64,000 nt of DNA from positions 31,293 through 95,292 of the IMG/VR virus record IMGVR_UViG_3300023184_004591; one strand, 5' to 3'. The DNA comes from a virus. Below, piece by piece: positions 1 through 9,860 of this stretch. How positions within the stretch are numbered: position 1 is the stretch's first letter; each line of letters starts with the position of its first letter. The notes below the pieces were generated by a model. It searched no databases. It was not told where the DNA came from and saw nothing but the letters and a program-made list of their open reading frames with translations. The translations under genes were made by a program, and so were the position numbers.

Positions 1-191
1 CCACCTTCTCTAACTCTAAATTCAACGTCCGATAATTTTAAATAGTCTGCCTTTAATACAACTAAACCTTTATACGTTACGGAAAATACGTGTCTATGTA
101 AGTCATAGTAACACATTACTTTTTTACCAATTAAATCGTTAATATTACTTTTTAACAATTCTTCTTGTTCCTCAGTTATTATTATTCTCAT
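1..191 (-). CDS. Hypothetical phage protein (5' part only; runs off the window)
   Basis: Open frame MRIIITEEQEELLKSNINDLIGKKVMCYYDLHRHVFSV...; its ATG overlaps the TGA of the upstream gene (ATGA at 188-191). Not in the supplied ORF track. Confidence 0.75.
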   Translation of the reverse strand, partial: MRIIITEEQEELLKSNINDLIGKKVMCYYDLHRHVFSVTYKGLVVLKADYLKLSDVEFRVREG

Positions 192-700
192 AATCCTCTA
201 AATTCGTTTGGTCCAACAGGAGATCCTATTATTGTTCTATAAAAAGGTTTATACCCTTTATAAGTATGTTTTATATCCGAAGTGACACGACCATCATTAA
301 CCACCGTGTAGTATCTTACAAAACTTTCCGTATCGTAATACCCAATATAATCACCGAATTGAATGTCTATTTCTAAGTCCTCTAAAGTTTTTAAATAAAC
401 GGACATTGTAATATTACCAGGTTCAAACTGATCCATTTTAGTGGAACCTAATAATTTGTTTTCAGGTGCCGCAATCCCCACATACGCATTAAACTCAACA
501 GGGGGTAAAAATTTAATACCATCTTTAACTGTTTCACCATATACGTCGTCAATTTTGGTTTTTATTTTATCAACTCTATAAAGTACACAAGTGTAATTCA
601 TATCACCAATTAACCATTCCTGACCCATCTCAACCTCAAGGTTAAAATCGTTCTCACCAAAAAATTTACCTAGTCTTGTTATAGGAACTCTATTCGCCAT
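188..700 (-). CDS. Putative neck/head-closure protein (T4 gp14-like)
   Basis: Likely start is MANRVPITRLG (ATG at 700), preceded by the TATTTAT motif. The LYRVD..KTKIDDVYGE...F..PVE pattern resembles myovirus head-completion proteins. The longer ORF to 829 overlaps the helicase gene. Confidence 0.5.
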   Translation of the reverse strand: MANRVPITRLGKFFGENDFNLEVEMGQEWLIGDMNYTCVLYRVDKIKTKIDDVYGETVKDGIKFLPPVEFNAYVGIAAPENKLLGSTKMDQFEPGNITMSVYLKTLEDLEIDIQFGDYIGYYDTESFVRYYTVVNDGRVTSDIKHTYKGYKPFYRTIIGSPVGPNEFRGL

Positions 701-758
701 TTTGTCGTATTTATTGATAAATATCTTTTTTATTGTTATTTTTATAAAAAACAAAATT

Positions 759-2528
759 TTGGAAGTTACCCCATCACTAATAGAGCATAAAGCTTTGTCC
801 TTATTGGACTCGTATTCGGGTGCCAACAATCACATATTGTATCTAAAAACAAAAAAAGAAACAAGTAAAAAGTTTTATCCAACAAGAACTCAAGCAGATT
901 ACATTATAAATTATTTTGATACAACACCTAAGGTTGCACGTAAGTGGGTTGATCTTGACACTTATTTCGCAAAGAAGTTTGCTGAAGAAAGATACTTGAT
1001 GGAAACCCCTGAAAAAATTTACATTGAGAAATTATTAGTAGAAAAAGAAAAATCATATCATATTTGGGGTAAGTTTTTTGATAAGGATCCTTTAACAGAA
1101 TTTTGGGTACCTAAATCTTCGTTAATTAAAACTCACAATGTCGAGAAGGTTGAAGTTGATTATTCTAAATATGATCACCGACCACCATTGGAACATCAAA
1201 AAGAGGCGGTAGAAAAATTGGCAGGATCAAGACGATTCATTCTTGCTGATGACATGGGTCTTGGTAAAACAACCGCAACAATTATTGCGGCTTTAGAGAC
1301 AGGTGCAAAAAAAATATTAATTATTTGTCCTGCATCGTTAAAGATAAATTGGCAACGTGAAATTGAAAATTATTCAGATAGACCTGTTTATATTGCAGAG
1401 GGGAAGAAATTTTCAACTGAGTCTGATTTTGTGATTGTAAACTATGATATCCTAAAAAATTTCCACGACATTGACCCAAAAAAGAAAGACGGATCAATAT
1501 TAACACAATCAAACTTTGACCTTGTTATTTTAGATGAGGCACATATGATCTCAAATCCTCAAGCTCAACGAACAAAGATTATAAATCATTTCGTTAAAGA
1601 TATTAAAAGAGTTTGGTTGTTAACTGGAACTCCGATGACTTCTCGCCCAATGAACTATTATAACTTACTGAATATTATTGAATCACCTGTTGCACAGAAT
1701 TGGATGGCTTATGCTATTCGTTATTGTCAAGGTTACCAATTTATGGCAGGTAAAAGAAAAGTTTGGAATGTAACGGGAGCATCTAATTTGGAGGAGTTGA
1801 GAGATCGTACTTCAAAACAGATACTTCGAAGATTAAAAGAAGACGTGTTAGATCTTCCCGATAAAATTATTTCCCCTGTCTACCTTCGTTTGAAATCTAA
1901 AGACTATGAGGAATTAATGGGGGAGTATTATGATTGGTTTGACAATAAAAAAGATGAGTCATCATCTCTTACTGTTCAGTTCTCAAAATTAATGAAAGTA
2001 CGTAAGGTTATTGCAAATGAAAAAACAAAACAGACAATTGAATTTGCTGAGAATATTATTGAACAAGGCAAAAAAGTTATAATCTTCACTAACTTCACTG
2101 ATACTTTACAAACAATCTATAATCATTTTGGAAAACAAGCGGTTTATTTAGATGGTAGTTGTTCCAAACCTCATCGTCAAAATGCGGTTGATGAGTTTCA
2201 AGAGAACGATAAAATTAAAGTATTTGTTGGGAACTTAAAAGCTGCGGGTGTTGGATTAACTTTAACTGCCGCTGAGGTTGTGATTATGAATGACCTATCA
2301 TTTGTTCCCGCCGAACACGCACAGGCCGAAGATAGGGCATATCGTTATGGTCAAAAATCAAACGTACTTGTTTATTATCCATTGTATGAAAATACAATAG
2401 AAGGTGCGGTTTATGATATACTAAATCGTAAAAAAGAAATCATTAGAACCGTTATGGGGGATGAACAACCCGAAAATGTTGGTGATGTTGTTGAGGAAAT
2501 ACTTGGTTTAATTAATAAGAGAAGGTAA
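759..2528 (+). CDS. SNF2-family (SF2) helicase/ATPase
   Basis: Motifs ADDMGLGKT, ICPASL..NW, ILDEAH, LTGTP, AAGVGLTL, QAEDRAYRYGQ. The probable start is the in-frame TTG at 759 after an A-rich tract. Confidence 0.92.
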   Translation: MEVTPSLIEHKALSLLDSYSGANNHILYLKTKKETSKKFYPTRTQADYIINYFDTTPKVARKWVDLDTYFAKKFAEERYLMETPEKIYIEKLLVEKEKSYHIWGKFFDKDPLTEFWVPKSSLIKTHNVEKVEVDYSKYDHRPPLEHQKEAVEKLAGSRRFILADDMGLGKTTATIIAALETGAKKILIICPASLKINWQREIENYSDRPVYIAEGKKFSTESDFVIVNYDILKNFHDIDPKKKDGSILTQSNFDLVILDEAHMISNPQAQRTKIINHFVKDIKRVWLLTGTPMTSRPMNYYNLLNIIESPVAQNWMAYAIRYCQGYQFMAGKRKVWNVTGASNLEELRDRTSKQILRRLKEDVLDLPDKIISPVYLRLKSKDYEELMGEYYDWFDNKKDESSSLTVQFSKLMKVRKVIANEKTKQTIEFAENIIEQGKKVIIFTNFTDTLQTIYNHFGKQAVYLDGSCSKPHRQNAVDEFQENDKIKVFVGNLKAAGVGLTLTAAEVVIMNDLSFVPAEHAQAEDRAYRYGQKSNVLVYYPLYENTIEGAVYDILNRKKEIIRTVMGDEQPENVGDVVEEILGLINKRR

Positions 2529-2559
2529 ATCTTTTTGTTAATGATAATATTTATCATTA

Positions 2560-3648
2560 ATGAAAGTAAGCATCAAACGTACAAATTCAGGACTTGATCC
2601 AAAGTATAACGAGTTAATTCACACCTTTATTAAATTCTTACAAAAGAATTATCAATTAAGGGACAATATTACTATTGAATTTGTTGGTGAGAAAACAGGT
2701 GGAATGTCCACAGGTAGTCATCACCCTGAAAATGGAATCAAAGTTTTAACTGACGGTAGATTAAATCGTGATATAATGAGAACATTAGCTCACGAGTGGG
2801 TTCATGCCTACCAAAGAAATGTTCTTAAAAGAGAACAAGGTCCAAACATTGGTGGTCAGAATGAAGATGAGGCAAATGCTTATGCTGGTCGACTAATCAA
2901 AATGTTTGAAGAAGAATTCCCACAATTTAATGAATTTGTTTTTGAAGGTTTAAAAGGGATTAACAATAAAATTAATCTTATTAATGAACAAATTCTATTA
3001 TCAGAAAAACAAAATATCAAAAAAGATTTTATAATGGAGATGAAAAAAATTGGGATTGAGAAATTACCATACTCCTATTCATCAATGAAACAATTTGTGG
3101 ATCCTGAAACTATGGACATCCATTATAACAAACATTATAAAGGTTATGTTAAAAAATTAAACGACGCACTTGCAAACAAAAAGGGTGATGTTGAATTGGA
3201 AGACATAATTAAAAACATCAGTAAGTACGACACTAAAGTTAGAAATAATGCCGGTGGAGCATTTAACCACGCTTTATTTTGGAAAATGTTAAGTCCGACT
3301 AAACAGAAACCAAGTGGTGAAGTATTTGATAAAATTGTAAAACAATACGGAAATATTAAAAAATTAAAAGATGAATTTAATCAAGTGGCTAAAGATCGAT
3401 TTGGATCAGGATGGACTTGGTTAATTTTAACTAAGAATAATAGATTAAAAATTATTTCTACACCTAATCAAGATAACCCATTAATGAATATTGTTAAAGA
3501 TGGTGGTTATCCATTATTAGGTCTTGATGTGTGGGAACACGCATACTATCTAAAATATCGTAATAAACGTGACGAATATATTAATAATTTTTGGAATCAC
3601 GTTAATTGGGAATTTGTTAACGAACTATATTTGTTAAGAACAAAATAA
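2560..3648 (+). CDS. sod: Fe/Mn superoxide dismutase (Mn-type signature) with an N-terminal zincin-like domain
   Basis: SOD motifs HYNKHYKGYV, NNAGGAFNHALFW, FGSGWTWL, TPNQDNP, LDVWEHAYY. The N-terminal ~130 aa carry TLAHEWVH...EDEANA (HExxH..E). Confidence 0.92.
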   Translation: MKVSIKRTNSGLDPKYNELIHTFIKFLQKNYQLRDNITIEFVGEKTGGMSTGSHHPENGIKVLTDGRLNRDIMRTLAHEWVHAYQRNVLKREQGPNIGGQNEDEANAYAGRLIKMFEEEFPQFNEFVFEGLKGINNKINLINEQILLSEKQNIKKDFIMEMKKIGIEKLPYSYSSMKQFVDPETMDIHYNKHYKGYVKKLNDALANKKGDVELEDIIKNISKYDTKVRNNAGGAFNHALFWKMLSPTKQKPSGEVFDKIVKQYGNIKKLKDEFNQVAKDRFGSGWTWLILTKNNRLKIISTPNQDNPLMNIVKDGGYPLLGLDVWEHAYYLKYRNKRDEYINNFWNHVNWEFVNELYLLRTK

Positions 3649-3673
3649 TAAGATATTTATAAATAAAACTTAT

Positions 3674-4798
3674 ATGTCGATAATTAGCGAACCAGAAAGA
3701 AGTGACCTATACAAAAAAGTGAAACACGTTTTAGGTGCCCCACTTAGAAGTATAGAATTGGAAGAGGAACAAATGGACACTCTTCTTGAATTTTCTATTG
3801 ATGAATATTCACAATACGTACAAGATTGGTTAACTGAATCTCAGTGGACTAATTTATATAACTTAAACATGGACACACAATCATTATCAAAAGCGTTCAC
3901 AACAAGAAGTTTAGATTACGAAACACGATACACTTATGCGTATTCTAAAATTGTAGGTTTACAGGCAGGTGGAGATTCGGTATTGAAAAAAGATTTTATA
4001 CAATTAGTTCCTAATCAACAAATATATGAAATTCCTGAAAATAGAGAATTAAATGAATTGTTATGGTTCACACCAGCAACTTTAAATAGTTCAATGTTTG
4101 GGGCAGGATTTGGATTCGGAGAATTTGGTGGTGGTATCGGTGGTGCGGGTGGATTCGCACAAATGGGTAACATGGCAGGAAGTTATTTTATGATGCCGGC
4201 ATTTGATATGTTATTGAGAATGCAAGAGATAAACATCCAAAAAAGAATTATTTCAGGTGATTTAACTTATAGAGTAACCGCATTACCAGGAGGTAAAAAG
4301 GCAGTTCACTTAATGAACACACCCGGAGGTAAATTTGATTTCGGTAACTCAACTTTAATGAAAGGTAGAGTTTGGTATTGGTACTATGATGTTGGACCTG
4401 AAGATAGAGATGAATGTTTAAAAAACAATCCTGATATTATTAAATTACCTTCTGACGTACCATACGAAAAGGTTAGTTGGGTGGATCTTAATAACCCAGC
4501 ACAAATTTGGGTTAGAAGATGGTTTATTGCTTATTGTAAAGAAACATTAGCGAGAGTAAGAGGTAAGTTTAGTGGTAATCTTAAATCACCTGATGGTGAT
4601 TTAACTATGGATTATGCTGCATTAGCAACCGAAGCAAAAGACGAAAAAACAAAATTGATTGATGAGTTAATTGGTGCCGAAGGTAGACTAACAAGGTTGA
4701 AACCTGAAAAAGTAATGGAACGTGAAGCATTAATTGCTGAGAATTTAAATAAGTCACTTAAGTTTAGGGCAATGCCAAGACAAATATACGTTATTTAA
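3674..4798 (+). CDS. Neck/head-tail adaptor protein (T4 gp13-like)
   Basis: LGAPLRSIELEEEQMD N-terminus and WVRRW..A..KE.L...RGKF.G C-terminus, typical of gp13-like neck proteins; TATTTAT upstream. Confidence 0.75.
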   Translation: MSIISEPERSDLYKKVKHVLGAPLRSIELEEEQMDTLLEFSIDEYSQYVQDWLTESQWTNLYNLNMDTQSLSKAFTTRSLDYETRYTYAYSKIVGLQAGGDSVLKKDFIQLVPNQQIYEIPENRELNELLWFTPATLNSSMFGAGFGFGEFGGGIGGAGGFAQMGNMAGSYFMMPAFDMLLRMQEINIQKRIISGDLTYRVTALPGGKKAVHLMNTPGGKFDFGNSTLMKGRVWYWYYDVGPEDRDECLKNNPDIIKLPSDVPYEKVSWVDLNNPAQIWVRRWFIAYCKETLARVRGKFSGNLKSPDGDLTMDYAALATEAKDEKTKLIDELIGAEGRLTRLKPEKVMEREALIAENLNKSLKFRAMPRQIYVI

Positions 4799-4799
4799 T

Positions 4800-5150
4800 A
4801 TGCCAATAATTAAAGAAATACCAATAAGAAAGACTATAATGAAAGAAAATATTGTCATAGAAGATAATACCAAGTACGATAATTTAATTCTATTTGAAAA
4901 ACATTATACCACAAATGGTGAGGATCTTATTATTGTTAAAACAATTGGTGGATCAGAAATTTTATTAAACTCTGAAACCACCAATCGTGTTATTATAAAA
5001 TCATTGGTTAGTGTTTTAATTAAACCTAACACAGGTAAAATTGATGAGGAGTGGGATGAACTATTGTTAGAAAAAGGGGCTTGTGTCCAATTTCAATTTG
5101 TTCAGGGTAACTGGTATGTGCTTTCGTCCGATGGAATAAAAATTTCCTAA
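4800..5150 (+). CDS. Hypothetical protein, possibly structural
   Basis: 116-aa ORF coupled to the neck gene; beta-rich, ends ...GNWYVLSSDG. Confidence 0.65.
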   Translation: MPIIKEIPIRKTIMKENIVIEDNTKYDNLILFEKHYTTNGEDLIIVKTIGGSEILLNSETTNRVIIKSLVSVLIKPNTGKIDEEWDELLLEKGACVQFQFVQGNWYVLSSDGIKIS

Positions 5151-5746
5151 AGTATTTTAGAACCTTTAGTCATATTATCTTTAGACCATAAAGGTTGTAA
5201 GTTACTATAATGACATAATTTATAGATCTCTTCCTCTGTTTTTGCCGAAGATAATGGAATTATATGGTCAATATGCCAACCATAAAAACTTTTATTATCC
5301 CAAGTCATTCCATCTGTAAATTTACTTTCCAAATATTCTTTTAAAAATTTAATATCACAACCTAAATAATCCACTGACCTATTATTTTTAACATATCCAT
5401 AGTCTCTAAAAATATCTTTTAATCTATTCCTATAATTTGTTTTTAATTTAAACAGAATATCTTCATTATATTTTTTTTTAAAATAGTTTGAGTGATAATC
5501 TCTAACCTTATCTTTATTTTTATTTTTCCATTTTTTTGTATATTCATAAGATATTCCATGATTCTTATCAAGAAAATTTTTTTGAATATCTTTGTATTTT
5601 TTATCGTTATTTAACCTCCAAGTGGTTGAATTTTTATTTTGACAAATCTTACAATTACTTCTTAATTTATCTTTACCATATGAATTTTTATAAAACTCAC
5701 AAACATTTTTTATTTCTTTACACTTACTACAAATTTTTGTTTCCAT
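5147..5746 (-). CDS. HNH homing-endonuclease-like protein
   Basis: N-terminal CxxC...CxxC (KICSKCKE, CKICQ); C-terminal WHIDHIIPL...CHYSNLQPLW..DN..K HNH motif. Confidence 0.85.
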   Translation of the reverse strand: METKICSKCKEIKNVCEFYKNSYGKDKLRSNCKICQNKNSTTWRLNNDKKYKDIQKNFLDKNHGISYEYTKKWKNKNKDKVRDYHSNYFKKKYNEDILFKLKTNYRNRLKDIFRDYGYVKNNRSVDYLGCDIKFLKEYLESKFTDGMTWDNKSFYGWHIDHIIPLSSAKTEEEIYKLCHYSNLQPLWSKDNMTKGSKIL

Positions 5747-5882
5747 AATATTCTCTAACTAATTTTTCTATTATGCGGGAAACCATTATCTTTTCTTCTT
5801 TTATTTTATCATATAAAATTCTATCAAGACTAATGCTAACTTTAACTTTTTTTTCTTCTTTATTTTTTTTAAGTCTTCCCAT
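5727..5882 (-). CDS. Small ribbon-helix-helix-like DNA-binding protein
   Basis: 51 aa MGRLKKNKEEKKVKVSISLDRILYDKIKEEKIMVSRIIEKLVREY, with an alternating beta strand (KVSISLD) then two helices (S..IE). Overlaps the HNH start; TATTTAT at 5887-5893 (minus). Confidence 0.6.
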   Translation of the reverse strand: MGRLKKNKEEKKVKVSISLDRILYDKIKEEKIMVSRIIEKLVREYYGNKNL

Positions 5883-5919
5883 AATAATAAATATATAGTT
5901 TTTTATAAAAATACTACTT

Positions 5920-8853
5920 TTATACGTATTCTTCCCATCCTTCTTCTGCCAATTCATACATATAATTTGGGTCAATACCAACCGATTCCCAAAATTCTAC
6001 TTCACCTTGTTCCATCTTGATTAAGTTTTCATAAACATCATCTTGGTCCGCAGGGCTAAATGGTTTACCGTTAATCAATTTACATTGGTCCGTAGTGTAG
6101 AAACTTCTATCTTCAGGATCCTTAACTAATAAAGTATCTCTAACCTCGTCATCAAACACAATCATCAAAGGTTCAACTCGTTTATTAAAAGTTGCAATAG
6201 CTCTTTGTATATTATATTCACCTAACATCTCAGGGTTATTTTCTAAATCAGATGGTTCAATTCGATAACAATTTAATTGGACAACTGATTCTGTACTAGT
6301 AAGTCGATATGCTAAATCTGTTGGGATTCCTGTATTAGCCTCCTTGTTTTTGGCATCGCTACGAACCCAATTATCTTCAGACCAAGATTTCTCCCAACCA
6401 TTGTTAAGTAAAAACTTTTCTTTCTGTTTATATTCTATATTACTTCTTGAACTATCTGAAAAGAACAAGTCAATTTGTTCTTGTGACCAACCTTTTTTTG
6501 GTTGGTTTACTTTCTGAACATCACCATGAGACGCCTTTGTTCCGTTATTAACATATAAAATCATATCTCCAAGATTTGCTTGTATTCCATCTTTTATAAG
6601 AAGTTCCATGTGGGCCATTCTTGAATTAAGACTACCTGCCTTTGTAGTTTGTTTACTACGTTTGATGTAATCATCAATACTCAATTTAACTTTAGCCTTG
6701 GATGCGATCTCAGCCAAAGGAATTTTTTGGTCAAATATCTTTTGAATGTACTCATAGTACCATTCAATAAATTCTTTTCCCTCACCTCTAAGTAATTGTT
6801 TAACGCCTTTATCCAAAAACTTCTCAATGTATTTTGGCATTTTTTTGGATTTAATACTATTACCCGTTAGTTTAACTTTACCATTGTGTTCCATCGTTGC
6901 GTAGTTCTTACGAGCCAAGTTAATACAAGAATCCCAAGTACCATCACAATCAAGTCCCATCTCACCTTTCATAAAGATATCGTTAAACTCTGCAACATCG
7001 GCATCATAACCACGATATTCTTTACCCTCTTTAACCAACCAATTTTTTCCTTTACCAATATAAACTCTATCATCAACACCACCCTCAGGTAATGAGAAGT
7101 TCATACCATCGGTGTCACACACCAAAGGACTATATCCTCTCTTACTAAAGAAGTTTAACATTTGTCTTAAGTATTGTCTACCTGTACAAGTGATCTGTTC
7201 CCCCATATCAATATCGCCCCACGGAAATACTTGTGGTGCGGATAACGATCCGAAGAACGCATTAATAAAGATCTTAATAGGTAATTGTTTACGGTCATAA
7301 GATGTTGACTTCTTCTTATCGATAGTCTTATATTCCGCAGCCAAATTCTTGTACATAATACGAGAGTTACGGAAGTAAGTTAATAACCCCTTCATTGCTC
7401 CCGTTATATCACACTCAGGGAACACGTCGTGAACTAACTGAATGGATGGGTATAGTGAAGAGTAGTCAAGTTTAAGTACGTCCTTAGAGTACCCTACTTT
7501 TAATAATCGTGATAGACCACCAACAAAACTTCTTCTTTCTTCTTTCTTGGGGATTGCCAAACCATATTTGTATGACCAAGCCAACATTACCATTTTCCAT
7601 AATGTTGCGGTACCCATTGTTGATGCTCTCTCATATGTTGTCGGAACTAAAGATGCTAATAGAAACGTTGCTTGGTTGAACTCGTCATCCACAATCAACG
7701 TTTCCTCAAGGTCATCGTCAAGGTAACGCTCAACTATGTCGTCCCCCGTTGTTTTAAGATAAACATCTCCTCGTCTTACGCATATCTCATCCACCTTTGG
7801 GTCAATACCAACTTTTTTGTATTTACCATTTTCAGTATTTAACCAATACTCATCTTTCTCTGCATACATTGGGCCAATACTTGTGTGGTCAATGTAGATA
7901 CGATCAGGAGCTTCTGCATCAATATACTTGGTAATATATTTCAAACCTGCCTCTTTAATGTTTGAGTTGATTGCTTGTGATCTACGAACTGAATGGATAA
8001 TGTCAATTACATTATAACCCCACATTTGGACTTGATTAAATCTCTCAACCTCATTCGCCAACTTTAACATTGATTCTTTCTGTGAGATTGTCTTCTTAGC
8101 ATTCATTGAGATTGCGATTCTCTTAATATCTAAATTTAGAGCCTTACATCTTTCGAATATCCAAAACCAGTCAAAGTTTGCTGAGTTATAACCCGCAATG
8201 ATTGATGGTTTAAGTTGGTCTATTGTTCTGAAGAATTCCACAATACCTGCTCGTTCCTCATCTTCGTTTGAACATTCGATAACTTTTTGGAATCCTTTAT
8301 TTGTTTTCATTCCAATCATAAAGATACGACCATCCTTAGGTTCTAATGCGGTCGTCTCAAGGTCAAATACAAACCTCGTAATATCATTGTATTCCTCAAA
8401 CCCTTTGAACAATCGTTTCTCTTTTGAGATGAGGTATTGTTCTACAGGTGATACCATTAGGATTTTATCTTTTGCCTTTTCTCCCCATGGATCAATCCCA
8501 CCATCACGGAAGAATTGAGTTAAAGAACGATATCCTTTAATAGATTTAACCATAAAGGTCAACCCTTCTTCTAATCGTTTATTACCATCTGTTCGGAGTT
8601 TTTCTATGAGGATACCATATTTACCCATGGCCTGTTTTTGTAAGGCCTTGGATCCTTCGTAAAAGTTAAGACCACGTAGATCACCAACCCAAGCAAACGC
8701 AATGAGTGAATCCTGTTGTATAATCTTACCTTTACCGGGAACTTCTTTAATTTTGAAAATGTGGTCTGATATATAATCAAACTCTACGGAAACAATATGT
8801 TCCTCAGGATCGTTCCCTTCTAGGAAACTTTTAATTTCTTCTTGTGATATCAT
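5920..8853 (-). CDS. polB: Family B DNA polymerase with 3'-5' exonuclease
   Basis: ExoI FDLET, ExoII GYNSANFDW, motif A LDYSSLYPS, motif B KIFINAFFG, motif C CDTDG. Confidence 0.95.
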   Translation of the reverse strand: MISQEEIKSFLEGNDPEEHIVSVEFDYISDHIFKIKEVPGKGKIIQQDSLIAFAWVGDLRGLNFYEGSKALQKQAMGKYGILIEKLRTDGNKRLEEGLTFMVKSIKGYRSLTQFFRDGGIDPWGEKAKDKILMVSPVEQYLISKEKRLFKGFEEYNDITRFVFDLETTALEPKDGRIFMIGMKTNKGFQKVIECSNEDEERAGIVEFFRTIDQLKPSIIAGYNSANFDWFWIFERCKALNLDIKRIAISMNAKKTISQKESMLKLANEVERFNQVQMWGYNVIDIIHSVRRSQAINSNIKEAGLKYITKYIDAEAPDRIYIDHTSIGPMYAEKDEYWLNTENGKYKKVGIDPKVDEICVRRGDVYLKTTGDDIVERYLDDDLEETLIVDDEFNQATFLLASLVPTTYERASTMGTATLWKMVMLAWSYKYGLAIPKKEERRSFVGGLSRLLKVGYSKDVLKLDYSSLYPSIQLVHDVFPECDITGAMKGLLTYFRNSRIMYKNLAAEYKTIDKKKSTSYDRKQLPIKIFINAFFGSLSAPQVFPWGDIDMGEQITCTGRQYLRQMLNFFSKRGYSPLVCDTDGMNFSLPEGGVDDRVYIGKGKNWLVKEGKEYRGYDADVAEFNDIFMKGEMGLDCDGTWDSCINLARKNYATMEHNGKVKLTGNSIKSKKMPKYIEKFLDKGVKQLLRGEGKEFIEWYYEYIQKIFDQKIPLAEIASKAKVKLSIDDYIKRSKQTTKAGSLNSRMAHMELLIKDGIQANLGDMILYVNNGTKASHGDVQKVNQPKKGWSQEQIDLFFSDSSRSNIEYKQKEKFLLNNGWEKSWSEDNWVRSDAKNKEANTGIPTDLAYRLTSTESVVQLNCYRIEPSDLENNPEMLGEYNIQRAIATFNKRVEPLMIVFDDEVRDTLLVKDPEDRSFYTTDQCKLINGKPFSPADQDDVYENLIKMEQGEVEFWESVGIDPNYMYELAEEGWEEYV

Positions 8854-8913
8854 AATACTTTTTGAGTTGGTTCATTGGCTTTCGTGTACAACGAAATTTA
8901 CCTTACACTCATA

Positions 8914-8942
8914 AGTATATCAAAAAATTAAACTGATGTCAA
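8914..8942 (-). promoter_or_regulatory. Host-type promoter for polB
   Basis: Minus strand reads TTGACA-N17-TATACT, which can also be read as TTG-N20-TATACTTA; ~60 nt upstream of the polB ATG. Confidence 0.65.
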
Positions 8943-8951
8943 CCAAATTTA

Positions 8952-9833
8952 TTAACAAGGAGGATTTAATAATGTGTATTCGGTAATATAACCTGAGTTA
9001 TCAATAACAACCCAATGTAATTCTGATAACGGTGTGACTCCCCCTGTAGTTACAATATAATTTCCTGGTTCAAATCGGTAATTATAATCATAATAATAAC
9101 CAACATATGTACCAACTTGTAATGGTAGATTAGTTAAACCGATAATTCCAGACCAACTAGCTCCCCCATTGTAAGTTTCACATACAACAGTTTCTGAGGA
9201 TAATGCATTAGGTACGGTATCTAAATTGGTGAATGGACCATCTAATGTATATCTATAACCATATTGAAAAGTTACATTATCATATAGACCTGTAGTTGTA
9301 GTTGTTGTTAAATTTTGGGTAGTAGTCGTAGTAATTGGTTCAGGTGTTGGAGTTGGCGGACAACAAGCCCTACAACTAGGACAAGGAGTTGTGGTTGTTG
9401 TGGTTGTTGTCGGGATACTTGCACAACAAGGAAAATCAACAACATAACAAGACTCATATGGAAGATCATCAGCAATGAAACTTTCCTGTACATTAATATA
9501 AAGTTTTTCTCTGATTGGTAAAATTAATGTACCATCCGAATTTCGTAATAAAAATTGACCTTCATATCTACCAACCTTTCTTGTATCATTTGATGTGAAT
9601 TGATAATAAACATAATACTCATACTCAGCATTCGGGTCCATTAATGTTTTCTCAACAAATCCTGCAGGTCTAGTAACAATTCTTGGAATTCCCGTTTCAG
9701 TGTCTACCATAGAAAAGAAGATAGAAGCTTCCTCGATCATTTCCATCATCTTGTTATAATCACTTCTACCGTCCTTAACGACTTGCATCTTTAAAACGGG
9801 CAACGTAGCATTTTTCTTAATGTAAAATTCCAT
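8952..9833 (-). CDS. Structural protein: BppU-like N-domain, Thr/Pro/Cys linker, variable C-domain
   Basis: MEFYIKKNATLP...YYQFTSNDT..VGRYEGQF resembles baseplate upper protein N-domains; poly-Thr/PT linker; TATTTAT upstream. Confidence 0.6.
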   Translation of the reverse strand: MEFYIKKNATLPVLKMQVVKDGRSDYNKMMEMIEEASIFFSMVDTETGIPRIVTRPAGFVEKTLMDPNAEYEYYVYYQFTSNDTRKVGRYEGQFLLRNSDGTLILPIREKLYINVQESFIADDLPYESCYVVDFPCCASIPTTTTTTTTPCPSCRACCPPTPTPEPITTTTTQNLTTTTTTGLYDNVTFQYGYRYTLDGPFTNLDTVPNALSSETVVCETYNGGASWSGIIGLTNLPLQVGTYVGYYYDYNYRFEPGNYIVTTGGVTPLSELHWVVIDNSGYITEYTLLNPPC

Positions 9834-9860
9834 TATTTGATTTTACAATAAATATTGCAA

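Noticed and set aside
701-829. N-terminal extensions in the ORF track (829, 702, 5981, 12287, 33389, 39371, 39943, 60572)
   Set aside because: They overlap neighbouring genes or promoter motifs; downstream starts fit the spacing better.
5920-8853. Intein or intron in polB
   Set aside because: The frame is continuous with no C/S...HN-C/S/T splice motifs; the Trp-rich C-terminal insert is short and not intein-like.
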